A DNA stretch of 61,681 nt, counting the filler, from Choristocarpus tenellus KU-1152 (Eukaryota > Protista > Phaeophyceae): the NCBI GenBank assembly GCA_964200185.2. It is 10 parts of 10 records of this genome, joined end to end, with 100 filler letters (N's around TTAATTAATTAA, not from the genome) between each part and the next. Parts side by side here need not be neighbours in the genome. Positions count along the whole stretch, not along the records: positions 36,107 to 46,065 come from CAXNAD020003244.1; positions 46,166 to 54,588 come from CAXNAD020004730.1; 8 more parts are not named here. The stretch is one strand, 5' to 3'. The notes below the pieces were generated by a model. That model did not search any database and was not told the origin of the DNA. It saw only the letters and a list, made by a program, of their open reading frames with translations. Positions 38,737 to 50,999 of this stretch are shown here, piece after piece. The position numbers and the translations under genes were made by a program. The number at the start of each line of letters is the position of its first letter. The first letter of the stretch is position 1.

Positions 38737-40895
38737 ATGGGCCTCCTGACACTTCTACGGAAGCTAAAGAGGAGCGACCAGGAGGCACGAATCCTTGTGC
38801 TGGGGCTCGACAACGCAGGCAAAACAACGATCCTCAAAAAGCTCTCCGAAGAAGATATCACACACATCATGCCCACTCAGGTATCTGGGTGAGATTTGAT
38901 CAAAGCTTGCGATGGGTTGGTCGCACTTTGTTCTTCCGACCTCCCAAAATATTGGGTGACTACCGTTGACTTCACTATGAGTTTACATCAACGTCAAAGA
39001 GAAGCAAACTTATGTCATCTTCGGGATACGCACGTTCAAGGATGAATAACTCTGTGAAGTGAAAAATGGTCCGTACATTCGACGCCCTTGTGTATCCAGA
39101 TCGTGCTCTCGCCCCTAAAAATCTCTCGCGTGAGCTGATCACACTCTGCTGCTATAAGCACGTGCGACCCTGAGTGGTATTGTACAGGGATATTACTATT
39201 CCACTCGGTGATCGATTTACAGCCCAAGCCTCCTGCTCGTTGTCCTCCCCCTCCACTCCCTCCCCCATCTATTTTCTTTGTCCCAGGGGTTTAATATCAA
39301 GTCTCTGATGCATGAGGGCTTCAAACTCAACGTATGGGATATCGGTGGGCAGAAGTCAATACGCCCTTACTGGCGTAATTACTTTGACCAGACTGATGCC
39401 CTTATCTATGTTATAGATAGTGCGGACAAGAGGCGCATGGACGAGGTAAGTTTCTGATCTTAACTTCCCACGCAACAGACATTTTATATGCGAACCTAGA
39501 TGACAATGGAGCTGAGTATCCTTTCCCCCACAACATGTCTTTGCAACCTTGAGTGCTCTGTGTAGCATACTGCACATGACCCTGAGCTGGTCACACTTCT
39601 CTCCTTCAAAATTTTATTGAATGCCCCCCAGATACCACTGGCCACATATTTACATTTTTGAATGTCATCATTAGATGTATCTTACACCTCCTACTGACAC
39701 ACAGACCGGTGTAGAGCTGGGACAGCTTTTGGAGGAGGAAAAGCTAGGAGGTATTCCTGTCCTCATCTTTGCAAACAAGCAGGACCTGCTCAGCGCCCTC
39801 TCTGCAGATGAGGTATAGTGCTACCAACGGACTATGCATTTAAGGGTTTACTTCCTAACTTGGCCTTGGTTCTTGACAATCAAAAGCAACTGACTGCTGT
39901 GATAGAGGGACGTGCAGGGGGAAAGGCTTCCTCCCTGTTCACCCTCACTATATATATCCCCAATCACTAGCGTTATTCGCCAATAGGTTTGGTCAGCATA
40001 GCCAAATTGTCTCAATAAAATCGATGTACAAAATAATATTATCAATACCACACAGTGCACAAAATGATACTCGTGAAGCTCTGAGCACTGCAAGACACCA
40101 CAAGAAATGTTTGGCACACAGGACACATAAACAAAATATTGTACCTAATCAAATCAAACAAATTGACTTCAATGTCAACTATTCCTCAAGAATTTGAATC
40201 ACAACGATTCGTTTACTACGGCTTACAACATTTCCCATCTCAACTTAGATATGTCGCCCAACTACTCGACACAAACATGAAAACTCCTTAGTGGCACAAG
40301 TGAGAAGTCTTTTTGGAGTGTGTGTTGTAGTAAGTGTTAGTACAGTAATTGTTGGGGGTTAAAGCTGCACTCTAGCTGGTTGTGCTCGATTGGCAATCAG
40401 TAGTCCAATAGATCTCCCCTGTTGTTGGTGAGATTTTGGGCCGTAAATCAACCACAGGGTGTGAGCTGTTTTTCCACACAACGAGTACTATTAATAGCAC
40501 ATCATAGTGCCTAAACTTGAAACACAGTGGTTATTGCTTAGAGAAGTGGATAACATATTCCCCCTCTGGTGTTGACCTCATCAACTCATTTAGAAGGGAA
40601 GACGACAGCTTCTGACTATTGATCATCACATGTAGGTGTGTTAAGCAGCATCATAGGCAATAAACATGGAATGTAGATGGTGCCCTGGGAAAGTGTTGAA
40701 AACACAAACTTGCCTTGACTATGTCTTGTACTTACTGATACCCACCAGATCTCCCAAGGACTCAACCTACACATCATCCGAGACCGCACTTGGTACATAC
40801 AGGCAGCATCAGCAAAGACCGGCGAGGGGCTGCAGGAGGGCATGGAGTGGATTGTCAGCCAGATTAATGACCGGGGGGGTGAAGGGAAGGCATAA
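38737..40895 (+). CDS. ARL3: ADP-ribosylation factor-like GTPase 3, 4 exons, complete (185 aa)
   Basis: Exons 38737-38880, 39287-39445, 39705-39812, 40749-40895, all phase 0: [24 protein letters not shown]|[26 protein letters not shown]..|[20 protein letters not shown]..|..[28 protein letters not shown] and TG.EL point to ARL3 rather than ARL2. Confidence 0.95.
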
Positions 40896-43727
40896 GAAAA
40901 TCTCGCCAGCTTAATCTGTTTTGAAGAAAATCTGAAGACTATAATCCTCCTGCAGTGTTTATTGTCTAGAAAGTGCGGTAATAGCGACAATGCACTAGTA
41001 GAGACTTGTAACCCGCAGCACACAACCCTCTACTAAAGGGAGTAGAATATATTGGTTTCTACCTTCCAGGGGGGAGTAGGTATATGAGCAAGTCTCGCTG
41101 ATGGTCAGAGATGGGGTGGCTTGAGAAATTATCAGGGAAATGCAAAGAGGAAGGGACAGGTCTGGTAACACAATGATGGGTTGTGCAGATCCTGAGAGAT
41201 AGAAATTTGACAATCTACTTCACCGTAGGGATCTCCCTCTGTAGCTTTTCCTCCTTGCTCCCCCTCGGCTCTTGTCAGCCCCATGCACAATAGATGTGCC
41301 TGGGCCGCTTTTTATTGTCATGCATTTCAAGCTTGGGTTAGTTCTTCCTGATATTTGAACCTGGCACTCTATTTCTCTTACTGTTTCCTACTTCAAGGTA
41401 GATACATAGTCAATGTAGTAGATGGGCGTATATGGGTGTGCGCCAGGAGTATGTCAGTATTCAAACTGAGGGTCGTTTGATTTGATGGAGATGGTGAGCT
41501 TGTTGTCAAAGGAAGAGTGGAAGAGGCAGTGGTAAGTGGGAGAGCTTGGACAGTTTTTTGTTTTTTCACAAGGTTCAATATACTAGCACACAACAACATT
41601 ATGCTTCAAACTATGCCATTTTGTTTTGTCAGCACAAGCAAAGTACAATTGAGGAGAAACAATGGAAAATGCCATTTTTTAGTTTTAATTACCCCCGAGG
41701 GACTCTAAAAGGATTCTTACAACCGGGAAACTTAAGACTCTGGGCATGCAAAAGCCAACGAGGATATTGAAGAGTCTCAATATGCTACAAATCTGCACAC
41801 TTTGTTTCTAAGGATCCCATCAATACCATCAGTGGTCAACATAGGTAAGTATCTCTTTGGCACACCCACTGATGACGGTGAGATTGACTACCTCAACAAA
41901 AAAAAATACCTACGTTCTCCCCAGATGTAGCAACGAGGGTGCTCACGTACAACAGTGGAAAGAGAGCAAAAAAGAGCTTTACAGTCTTCTTCCTTAATCT
42001 GGATTGTCTCTACAAAGTCAAAAAGGCTTTCAAGTACCCTGGAGTGAGAGCAAAGCAGAATGCTTGAAAAAAATACATAAGACACTATTTGGTGGTGACT
42101 GTAGAATCCTCAAAAATTTGGAGACTGAGGCTCAAAATCGTTGCTCTTCTTCACAAATATTGAAATAACAGGATACCACAAGGGCAATCTGTTGCTCAAC
42201 TTACTGCCACACTAGTACAATGGGTTCCTCGACATTCAACAAAACCGGATCTGTGAGAGATAAGGTTCAAGGGGAAAGATCCCAACGTTGAGATCACCAC
42301 TCAGGAAGTGTGTGCATGACTAGTGGGTGATGGCCCACAGATTATGCCCGGTAGTACTCTTGGCCCCTAATTTTGTCAAATATTGAGACATCACGTTCCC
42401 ACGGGGACAGTCAGTAGTGCGACTTCTTGAATGGGGCAGGGGTATCTCAATAATCGACACTTCCGTCCGCATCAAAGAGAAATTGTGAAATACAGAACCC
42501 AGGGGTACTGAGGACTGATATTGTGCAGATGTAGATAACTCTAATCAAAATACTTCTGACTGGGACGGGCCAGGTGTAGGTAGCCTTGAACACAGACCAA
42601 CTTCTTGGCCTTATTCTTGGATTATTGCTGCCACACTGAAGAAGGACTGCTCATCTAAATCCGGTGGTTCACTGAATATCCAGGGTACCCTTCACATAAC
42701 GTGGGAAAAATAGGTCCTGTCTACTAAGTGGGGACATTTGAACTTTCCTCATACCTTTGAATACTACCGCATTTGGAGAAAGAAAGGTATCCCCATAATT
42801 TTATATGCCCTTCTTTTACCCATGTGCCCAATACTGCAGGACACAGGACACTTGGTAGCGTACCCACATCTCTATTGTTCCGTAACTCTGGTATATGTTG
42901 AAGAAGACAATTGGGTTTCATCGGCTAGTTCATCATTAATGTTAAGTCTAGAGGTAGCGATTGATGCTATTCCACGAAAGGGATTAATAATTTAGGGAGA
43001 CTGAGGATTGCATGGAGAATGACATCACAAAATAGGCAGTAACATAACTCGATAGGTTTGGGTGCAGGGACTCGATTCTTCTTCTTTCTACAGACTCTCC
43101 TAGAGATCGCAAAGTTCCATAGTATATTGCCAAACTCACACGAGAGACCACCAACCATTGCATACCCAGATTGAGAAGATTGAGAGTTGCACATGGTCTG
43201 TAAGTTTCTTGTGTCCATGCAGATAAAACCTCCTTATCATAGTCCAGGTTTTAGTCTTTGGTCAAGGTCAACTATAATACATACATCATTGTGCAATAGG
43301 TTAGCGGGTGGTTCCTTTTGTTCCTGTGCCAGATGTTTCAAAGTCCAAACTATTGATAGTTTCAAAATCTTGAAATACCTCGATTTCTACTGCTACTATG
43401 TAGATACTGAAAGGGAAGTATTACGAAGTTGTTGTTACACTGCTAGTACGTTACTTCAACTGGTATACCTTCCCCGTATCTTACTATCTTACATTTCCAG
43501 GTTAGCTTTTGAACGTGGTATTAGATCAGAAGTCCCATCTATTCATATTTTACGATCCAACCACTGTAGAAAAAATGTAATAAATTGAAAAAAAATCGAA
43601 GAGAATTGAGGGTTTCGCGTGAAACTGGAACCTCCTTTTTAGTCAATCACCAGATCCTCGAACCATTCCCAATGTACCCAATGGCGATCTAGGTCTTCCA
43701 GATATTGACCAGGTAGGTATTGCGGTC

Positions 43728-45943
43728 ATGTCCGAAAAGCGTAAAAGATCGTCCCTTCTCCAGGACTTGGTGAACAGGAGGGCATCAGAGGTGGAATCTC
43801 AGGTGACCTTCATAAGATGCCATGAAAATACGATGAAATGTAGCTCCGACATCTCCAACTTCGTACCAACCCCCTCATACCCGACTCGCTAGACAGCGAG
43901 TATAGACATCGACCCATGGCGCCTTGCGAGCTTTGGAGTGTTGGACATACTGAAGAAACTGGTCGAAGAAAAGGGGGTAGATGTCAACAGCAAGGACACC
44001 AGGGGGGTCACCCCCGTCATTTGGGCGATCAGGTGCTTCATGCGAGGGATAAGGATCCACCCCCGTGAACTTAGATATTGGTGTCTCCTCTAAATTTGTT
44101 AGTAGAAGATCCACGCTAGACACAAAAATGTAGGTACAAGTAGTTGCTGCCCCATATAATTCCCTTTGGCCTTGGAATTGAGACGTGGGAAAACACATTG
44201 TGGTTTCTTTATACTCATTCAGGAGTGGACATGAACATGTAGCGATTTATCTCCTGGATCACGGAGCGGATGCAGAGTCCTATGGATATGCAGGGATGAG
44301 GGCGTTGCACCATGCATGCAACAACTCACACGAGGGATGTATCGCCCTGCTTTTGGAGAGGGGGGCTGAACCTAATTCCACCGATGAATTCGGTAGGTGG
44401 CGGCCCACATGGAGTACTATATTTTGGTCTGAACCACCACATGCAGTAAGTCTGCTGCAGCACACCAATACTTAAAACCACATATATACATATTTGTGCC
44501 ACAGGTATATTATTTTTAGCATGGCAGTATGTCATGGAGTAGCCTGAGTCAGTGTAGTACAACAGCGCTTATTGTCATGGAGATTCTTCCACATCTTCCA
44601 ATAAAACCTTTTTTCTATAAAAAATATTTATACTGCACCATGCACACTTGCTCTTCATACCGTTTTCGTGTTAAAGGTCTAGATATTGCTGCCGCCATAC
44701 TCCCACTATTCATCGTGTCTTGATGACAAAATACTTAACTATTTGAGCCTTTTGAAGCGGAAAAAATAACACTTAACAGAACTATTTTATAGTATCAACA
44801 ACACACGTAATTTGTGTTGCTTGCTACATACTCTGGAGTATACTTTCGAAGTACATGGTGCCAGTGCCATTTGTACAGCGTCGGAGCAAGTGGGTGAGGT
44901 ACAAAGATGTCGGAATACATACTAAGAACTGTAATAACCTCTAACTTGAGTTGATCTTAATCCACCAAATGAGCGAAAGTATCTTAAGAGGGTAGGAGTT
45001 TTGCCCTATTTGTCCATTTGGGGCTTGACTTCCCACAGGTTTTTAGTGACATTTTCAGTTTCGGAGTAGGAAAAATGTATACAGTATGAAAAGGTGTGTC
45101 CGGAACAAGGATATTGACAATTCTAACAAACACGATATAGCCAAAATTATATCAAAATCGCAACATTGGATTTTGACCCCAAATGGACACAACTCTACGC
45201 TCTAAGATGCTTTGACTCAATCATTAAGGTTGTTCAGCACACAAGTATCTAGAAGGATGTATTTTCTTGTCAAATGTTATCTTTTATGTTTTTGTGAATA
45301 CGCTAGACTGGTTATATCACCTTATACGTTGAAGTAGTACATTCTATGGACTTGCAAATTTGTGTTTTCAGCTTGCCCCGACTAGTTGATGCTTACGATG
45401 TTTGCGCTTGTATCAGCACCATTCCATATGCACACAATGCTATGTACTGGGATAATGCTGTGACCTGGGTATCAAGTCAATTAGTTATGATTTTCAATTA
45501 GTTCACGGTGGGGCACAAAGACATAGCTAGGGCTACAACGATATCTAGCGTATGGATGAAATACTCAAGTTCTTACACTACTAGTGAAATAAAAAAGAGA
45601 AGGCCCCAGCCTCTAGATGTCAAGATCACTCAGTGTTCATAGCAGCAATTCATAAGTCCAGAATACCTTTACATTATCCATTGCTATCAGGATCCCTGTG
45701 CATACTATTTGATACTCCCCTGAACTTTCCACCCCTCTGCTGCATCTCCGACCTTGGGATGCTCTGTACATCTGGATCAGGTAATACCCCCTTGCACTAT
45801 GCTGCAACACGAGGGGTCCTTAATATTATTGTTCGTTTGCTAGAAAAGGGGGCAGATCCAGAAGCATCAAATGGCCAAGGAACAACTCCTCTACACAAGG
45901 CATGTTCCTTTGGACAGAATGCTGTGGCCAAGAAGCTTGCTGA
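43728..45943 (+). CDS. Ankyrin-repeat protein (3' truncated)
   Basis: Phase-compatible exons 43728-43802, 43893-44032, 44223-44392, 45781-45943. Repeats: GVTPVIWAIR-SGHEHVAIYLLDHGAD, GMRALHHAC, GNTPLHYAATRG, GTTPLHKACSFG. Confidence 0.9.
44971..45218 (-). mobile_element. MITE family B, full-length copy in an ankyrin-gene intron
   Basis: GAGCGAAAGTATCTTAAGAGGGTA..TACGCTCTAAGATGCTTTGACTC; reverse complement of the 14097 and 22530 copies. Confidence 0.8.
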
Positions 45944-45945
45944 GT

Positions 45946-45990
45946 GAGTGAAAAGTATCTTAGAGGGTATGTGTTTTTCCCTGTTTGTCC
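45946..45990 (-). mobile_element. MITE family B terminus, interrupted by a family A element
   Basis: GAGTGAAAAGTATCTTAGAGGGTATGTGTTTTTCCCTGTTTGTCC aligns with 44971 onward. Confidence 0.75.
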
Positions 45991-45991
45991 G

Positions 45992-46065
45992 GACCCAAAG
46001 TATCTGGGAGGGGGGGGGTGGTGGTCTACACCAGGGTGTCCATTTGGACCAAAATCAGGAAAAGT
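45992..46065 (-). mobile_element. MITE family A, right end (truncated by contig end)
   Basis: GACCCAAAGTATCTGGGAGGGG..GTCCATTTGGACCAAAATCAGGAAAAGT is the reverse complement of the right end of 49298-49463. Confidence 0.8.
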
Positions 46066-46165
46066 NNNNNNNNNNNNNNNNNNNNNNNNNNNNNNNNNNN
46101 NNNNNNNNNTTAATTAATTAANNNNNNNNNNNNNNNNNNNNNNNNNNNNNNNNNNNNNNNNNNNN
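46066..46165. other. Artificial contig spacer
   Basis: 44 N + TTAATTAATTAA + 44 N. Confidence 0.97.
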
Positions 46166-46237
46166 AGTGGTGTCTGCATTTCCTAATCTACTCCACCGAT
46201 GGTGTCTATAGTGTACCAGCAGCACTATCTACGAACA
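46166..46237 (+). repeat. Dispersed repeat C, copy 1
   Basis: 72 bp, near-identical to 60540-60611 (AGTGGTGTCTGCATTTCCTAATCTACTCCACCGATGGTGT..). Confidence 0.85.
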
Positions 46238-46254
46238 CCACTACTACTATACAA

Positions 46255-46790
46255 CCAAACTATTTATGAGAGGAGGTGAACGTATCTCAGTTGAGCTCAA
46301 GATTCGAATGCTCAAAGCTGAAGTACTTGCATCTCTGTTACATGGTATGATGTGGAACTCCACCAAGGTCATCATCTAAAGTCTCCTTCCCATCACGACA
46401 AATTCCCCCTCCACTACGTATGGGTTTCTGCAAACATAAATACGATGATTGTTATCTTGCAAAGAAGCTCTCATGAAAATTATGTGCGAGAGTTTCGAAG
46501 CAACAACAGTGCGAAAATGAAGGTTTCTATTTGCTGGGTCAGTTGTTTGTATCGGGATGAGCTACTTCCCAAGATATTAGTGCTTAGGTAAATTATGGTT
46601 GGAAAACGGAAACAAGGTGGACAACAGGAGGAGAAGAACTGGTGGACATTCCTCCAAGATGATCTCGATTAGTTTAGTTTGTGTAGGATTGGAGGGTTTG
46701 ATTGGCAGGGGTCACCGATCAACAAGAGTGGTATGAGTGTATGACTAACGGTGTAGCGAGCTTCTTCATGACCAATTTGCATTCCGAGGA
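46255..46790 (+). mobile_element. Degenerate RTE-type non-LTR retrotransposon, 3' end of ORF
   Basis: Frameshifted fragments ELKIRMLKAEVLASLLHGMMW, ALMKIMCESFEATTVRK*RFLFAGSV, GGQQEEKNWWTFLQDDL and DQQEWYECMTNGV follow the post-RT region of RTE LINEs. Confidence 0.7.
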
Positions 46791-47299
46791 AACTGTCATA
46801 GATTATAATGTGTGTGACACCAAGCCAGTTAAGGTCACAAAGAATCAACACTACACCCATCACTGTAGAATACTTTTTTCTTGTCGGTTGATTTTCTTGA
46901 CATACTTTGTCCGTTTTCTTCCTATCTTTTACATTATATTTGTATGTTTGAACAATGGTGTTATATTGTAGAGGTTTCAATTTTTCCTAGCCTTTTCTTT
47001 TTTTCTCCGATGCAGTGGTTTGTTCTTCTTGTATGGTATTTGTTACCTTTCTTAAACAGTATTCTAGTAAAACTGGATTTTTTGTAGAAGAGTGTTCTAT
47101 CATTGTCATATCATCAATAAGATTTGATAATAATATGGAGTTGGCAGTCGCCCCTAGGACAGAATTTGTCCTACTTTAACTTTTGATTGGAGCGGTGTTT
47201 TCGTCGAAATAAAGCTTGATGTGACCGTTGAATCACTCCTAACATTATTAGATAGGTTGGAGCTGGTTGTGGTGTGATGGTGAGAAGGCGATTTCACTC

Positions 47300-47800
47300 A
47301 CTAAAATCAAGTTACTTAGACATCTGTCCGTCCGTCGTCCAGTATATGGGTTGGAGGGCTGTTTCTCCTCTTCTAGGACGAGTATTTTTACGGGAGAAGA
47401 AGAGTCGTGATCCTCCATGTCTCATGTATATGTGTCCAACCCTAAACTCTTCATTGTTATTGTAGCCCCACTGTTATGTCTAAAAGCTCATCAGACAGCA
47501 GCCAGCCAGCCAACCCTCATTATGGATCTTGACCAAGAATACACGCTCTCCGTCATAGTCACTCCTCTTTGATTTCTTGTTCCGCAGCCATTGACTGGTC
47601 CACTCGATCAAGCGCGAGTCCCCCTCTCGACACACCGCAATCACCAGTGTGTACGCTCTGCCCAACCTCAGCCTTTTAACTTCTGTGAAACTTGAAGCCC
47701 AGAGATAGAGACGACACCACGATATCCATCATGTCCTTCGACAGAGGAGCTTCTGCAGCCATTGTATCGAGTTCTGCGTGGACAATCTACGTTGTAGTGA
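47300..47800 (-). mobile_element. Possible degraded copia gag/protease remnant
   Basis: AELDTMAAEAPLSKDMMDIVVSSL and LGRAYTLVIAVCREGDSRLIEW..LR loosely resemble copia gag; YWTTDG lies where W.lDSG would be. Weak. Confidence 0.25.
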
Positions 47801-49297
47801 CCTGCGTGCGAAGGTTAACCTCCGAAAGCCTCGCACATTATATTGTTAACAGTCACCTTTATGATAGCATCACATGTCTTGATTAATTTCTCGAGGTGAT
47901 ACTAGGCGACCTGGTTGGCAATCCGCACATCAAATTAAAGCTCAATCGATTAGCGCAAAAAAATCAGACCGCAAAAACCTCTTGATATGATTTCAGCGAT
48001 TTTCATATTTTTTGCATACATCACTTCGAAATTAATCAAGCCCAGTCTTATCATAGAGGTGACTGCCAACACCACAACAGAAATTGTTTTTTCAAGCCAG
48101 TATAGGTTTTGATTTTTCGAGGGAGATACCGAAATATTCTCATCATCATTCAACATCTGCCCAACAATGTCCGATTAAATCCGAACATTTTCCCTCTCCC
48201 CAATCTTCCAAAATTGAAGTCAAAGCAGTATGTGTACGACTGTGCAAATTCCTTGAACGTACAATATATTCTATGTTTATGGTCGGCAAATGATCATTTT
48301 AGTCCTAATGAAGTAACACTTTTTTGTCGTTTTCTAACTTCTGTCAACACAAAGAAGAGATCGAGGCAGAAACTTAGGGGTTCCAGAGAAGATTTGAGGG
48401 AGGAGGTGGAGAGAGGAGTGGTGGGAATGTTGAATCCAATACACGAGAAGCAAGGCCGGAACAGAGGCAGTATGATAAGTCGCGTAGTGCAACAGGTGGT
48501 CAATAACTAGGATGAGAATTGGTATAACACTATATAGTTCCTTTGACCAAGGGTTGGAACTAACCCAACAAATACCATACAATATATATTATCATGCCCT
48601 CTGACATTTTGCAGATATATGTGTGAGGGGGAAAACCAATGATACCATACAACAAAATTTTGTCCAATCAAGAGAGAAATGATAAGTTACAAGTGACTGG
48701 GACCCACTACAGAAAAAAGGAGTAGTAGTTACTGGATACCATGCAGAGGAAGTATTTCTGAAAGGTATAGTTTGGTCCACGACCTGTCTTGAATATTGTT
48801 GTAGTGTAGTGAATCGGTACGATTCGATTCAACCATGAAATCGCCGATGATCGAAACCGAAAATTGATGGAAAGTTCTGATTGGTTATGTTGGCGCAAAA
48901 TCGGGCTCGGTCGTCAGATGGGGGAGATTGGCACTTTTATTGGTCCTCGAAGAATCGTGCGCTACGTGAACGTTTTGATTATGATCGAGTACCATGCATA
49001 GATTTTTCCCTCAATGAATCATTCTCAGTAATAAAGCTTCCGATTCACAACACAAACCTCACCATCATCTACACCAGACTGCAGAGTTCTTTTCACAGAA
49101 ACGTGGTTGAGATCATCAGAAGTCCACGTGCAACAAGCACAATGGGTTGTACACCTATCTGTATCTCATCCTATCTACTGTGCCTATAACACGAAAACAC
49201 CAGACCAAGATCGATGCAGCAACATTGAGACGGGACCAGGACAAGACTTGGGAGATAGGAAGTGGAGAGCCGACGGTGTGGTTCAGCAAGAGTTTAT

Positions 49298-49463
49298 GGC
49301 TCAAAGTATCTGAGGGGGGGGGGTGGCGGCTGTCCATTTGGGGTCAATTTTTTCATGTCACGATTTTTGCATGATTTGGTTTCATATGTCGGATGGATAA
49401 TGTAAATGTACTTTTCCTGATTTTGGTCCAAATGGACCCCCCCCCTCCCAGATACTTTGGGTC
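49298..49463 (+). mobile_element. MITE family A, both ends present, 4-bp TSD TTAT
   Basis: TTAT|GGCTCAAAGTATCTGAGGGGG...CCCCCTCCCAGATACTTTGGGTC|TTAT, with inverted subterminal GTCCATTTGG / CCAAATGGAC. Confidence 0.88.
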
Positions 49464-49681
49464 TTATTGCATACATGGTAGTATTAGTATGTAGCATTAG
49501 TGAATAAAAAAACTACTACTACCGACTAGGTCATTGTATAGTAACTGACCATGGGTCAGCAGCATAAACATTACTATTACTACTATGTCGCAACTACTAC
49601 CTACGTTCGATATTAGAGCAGTGATTTTGATTTTCGAAAATATATATGGTTGGGAATTCCTATAGCAATGTGGCAGTTGTA

Positions 49682-50250
49682 CTACACCTTGCACACGAAA
49701 GGCTTGTCATCATTGCAGAGGAGGTAGTAAGCACTTCTGGCTGTCCTTGCAGACGAAAAACTGTTCTCATCCACATGCATTAAGTCTTTGAAATGCTGGA
49801 AGCTCTTTGACCTTCCAGGTCCCTTGGTGACCCCATGCATTGCTTGTCTCAACCATTGTAACTTGCCCTCATCAGTGAGCAACAGGTAAAGATAGGTTAA
49901 GCACACCTGAAAACCTCTTGCAGAGTGGACAAGAGGATGTCCAGCTGAGTCTCCAGTGCGCACTGCATTATATATTTTTTTGTGAGAATCATTTCGCTAT
50001 CATTTTACATAGGTCATCGACATTGGTATCTTTGCAGCCAGAATCCATGTTTGACTGCACACCACTGTTCTTATCGGGATCAACAACACCACCAGCATAC
50101 CTTTTGGGGTCTTGTAGCTTCCAAGGCCTTGAGATGGTCTTGGACATAATATATTGCTGTCCATCAAGGAGTCGTTCTTGTTACCTTGATGGAGCACCGC
50201 AAATGCCCTTCTTTCAACCAGAATCAGATTATTTCTTTTTATCATCTTGT
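49682..50250 (-). mobile_element. Degenerate Tc1/mariner (DD39D-like) transposase fragment
   Basis: LLTDEGKLQWL..FQHFKDLMHVDENSF..AYYLLCNDDKP matches the LT..nk..R..vHvDEkwF..yyL..E..P block around the first catalytic Asp. Upstream KRNNLILVERRAF resembles the N-terminal HTH start. Confidence 0.6.
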
Positions 50251-50357
50251 GATATCTTTTGACTGGTGCATGTGGACTGATGATGTGTGACTGGAAGGAT
50301 TCTGAACGAGGATTTCAATTTGTCGCACGTCTTGGTTTCACCCCTCTTTGCGTTCCT

Positions 50358-50523
50358 CTACCACTGCTACTGCTACTGCTACTGCTACTGCTACTGCTAC
50401 TATTACTACTATTAATGCTGCTGCTGCTGCTGCTACCACTGCTACCACGACAACAACAACAACTTACTACTACTATTATTATTACTACTACTACTACTGG
50501 TACTACTACTACTATAATAATAA
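50358..50523 (+). repeat. Compound microsatellite (CTGCTA)n-(GCT)n-(CAA)n-(TAC/TAT)n
   Basis: Visible directly; it explains the poly-L/S/T/Y ORFs in the track. Confidence 0.95.
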
Positions 50524-50999
50524 GGGTCAGGATATTTGGGGGTTTAGACCTAGTATTCAAATCGTAAGTAGATTTTGGAGAGATATCTTTCACATTTATC
50601 ACAACTGTTACTTGTACTGGGGTCCTTATGACGTTGGTGGTTGAACTTTTCCCCTGATAGTAATTATATTCATCAGGGGTGGGGGAGGGGAAGCGAGAGG
50701 AATTACCACCAAAACTGTTACGACTATACTGTTTACTATCATTTTGTTTTGAAGGTGTCCAAATCGTCACTATATTATCAAACACAACTTACATCAGATC
50801 AAACCATAATTATGTTCCCGATACAATGATAAACTTGAGGTGTGTTTTTGCATTTTTGTAATTGGAGGAAGAAGTGGCGGTAAGTTAGAATGGACGTCTT
50901 TCTCATAAACGGCTAAAGGAAAGGAGAATCTATCCAGCTTCAGATGAGGAAGGACACTCTCAACAAGGAGTAGCACCTCGCCTAACCAACTCTCTCGAT

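Noticed and set aside
5786-40895. A microtubule/cilium gene cluster (DCTN4, TBCE, ARL3)
   Set aside because: The three genes are on different contigs. The GTPase is also ARL3, not the TBCE partner ARL2.
38661-41023. Minus-strand ORFs over ARL3, and similar antisense ORFs over other exons
   Set aside because: They are shadow ORFs of real exons on the other strand.
50259-50785. Poly-Leu/Ser/Thr/Tyr ORFs as membrane or mucin-like proteins
   Set aside because: They are translations of a compound microsatellite.
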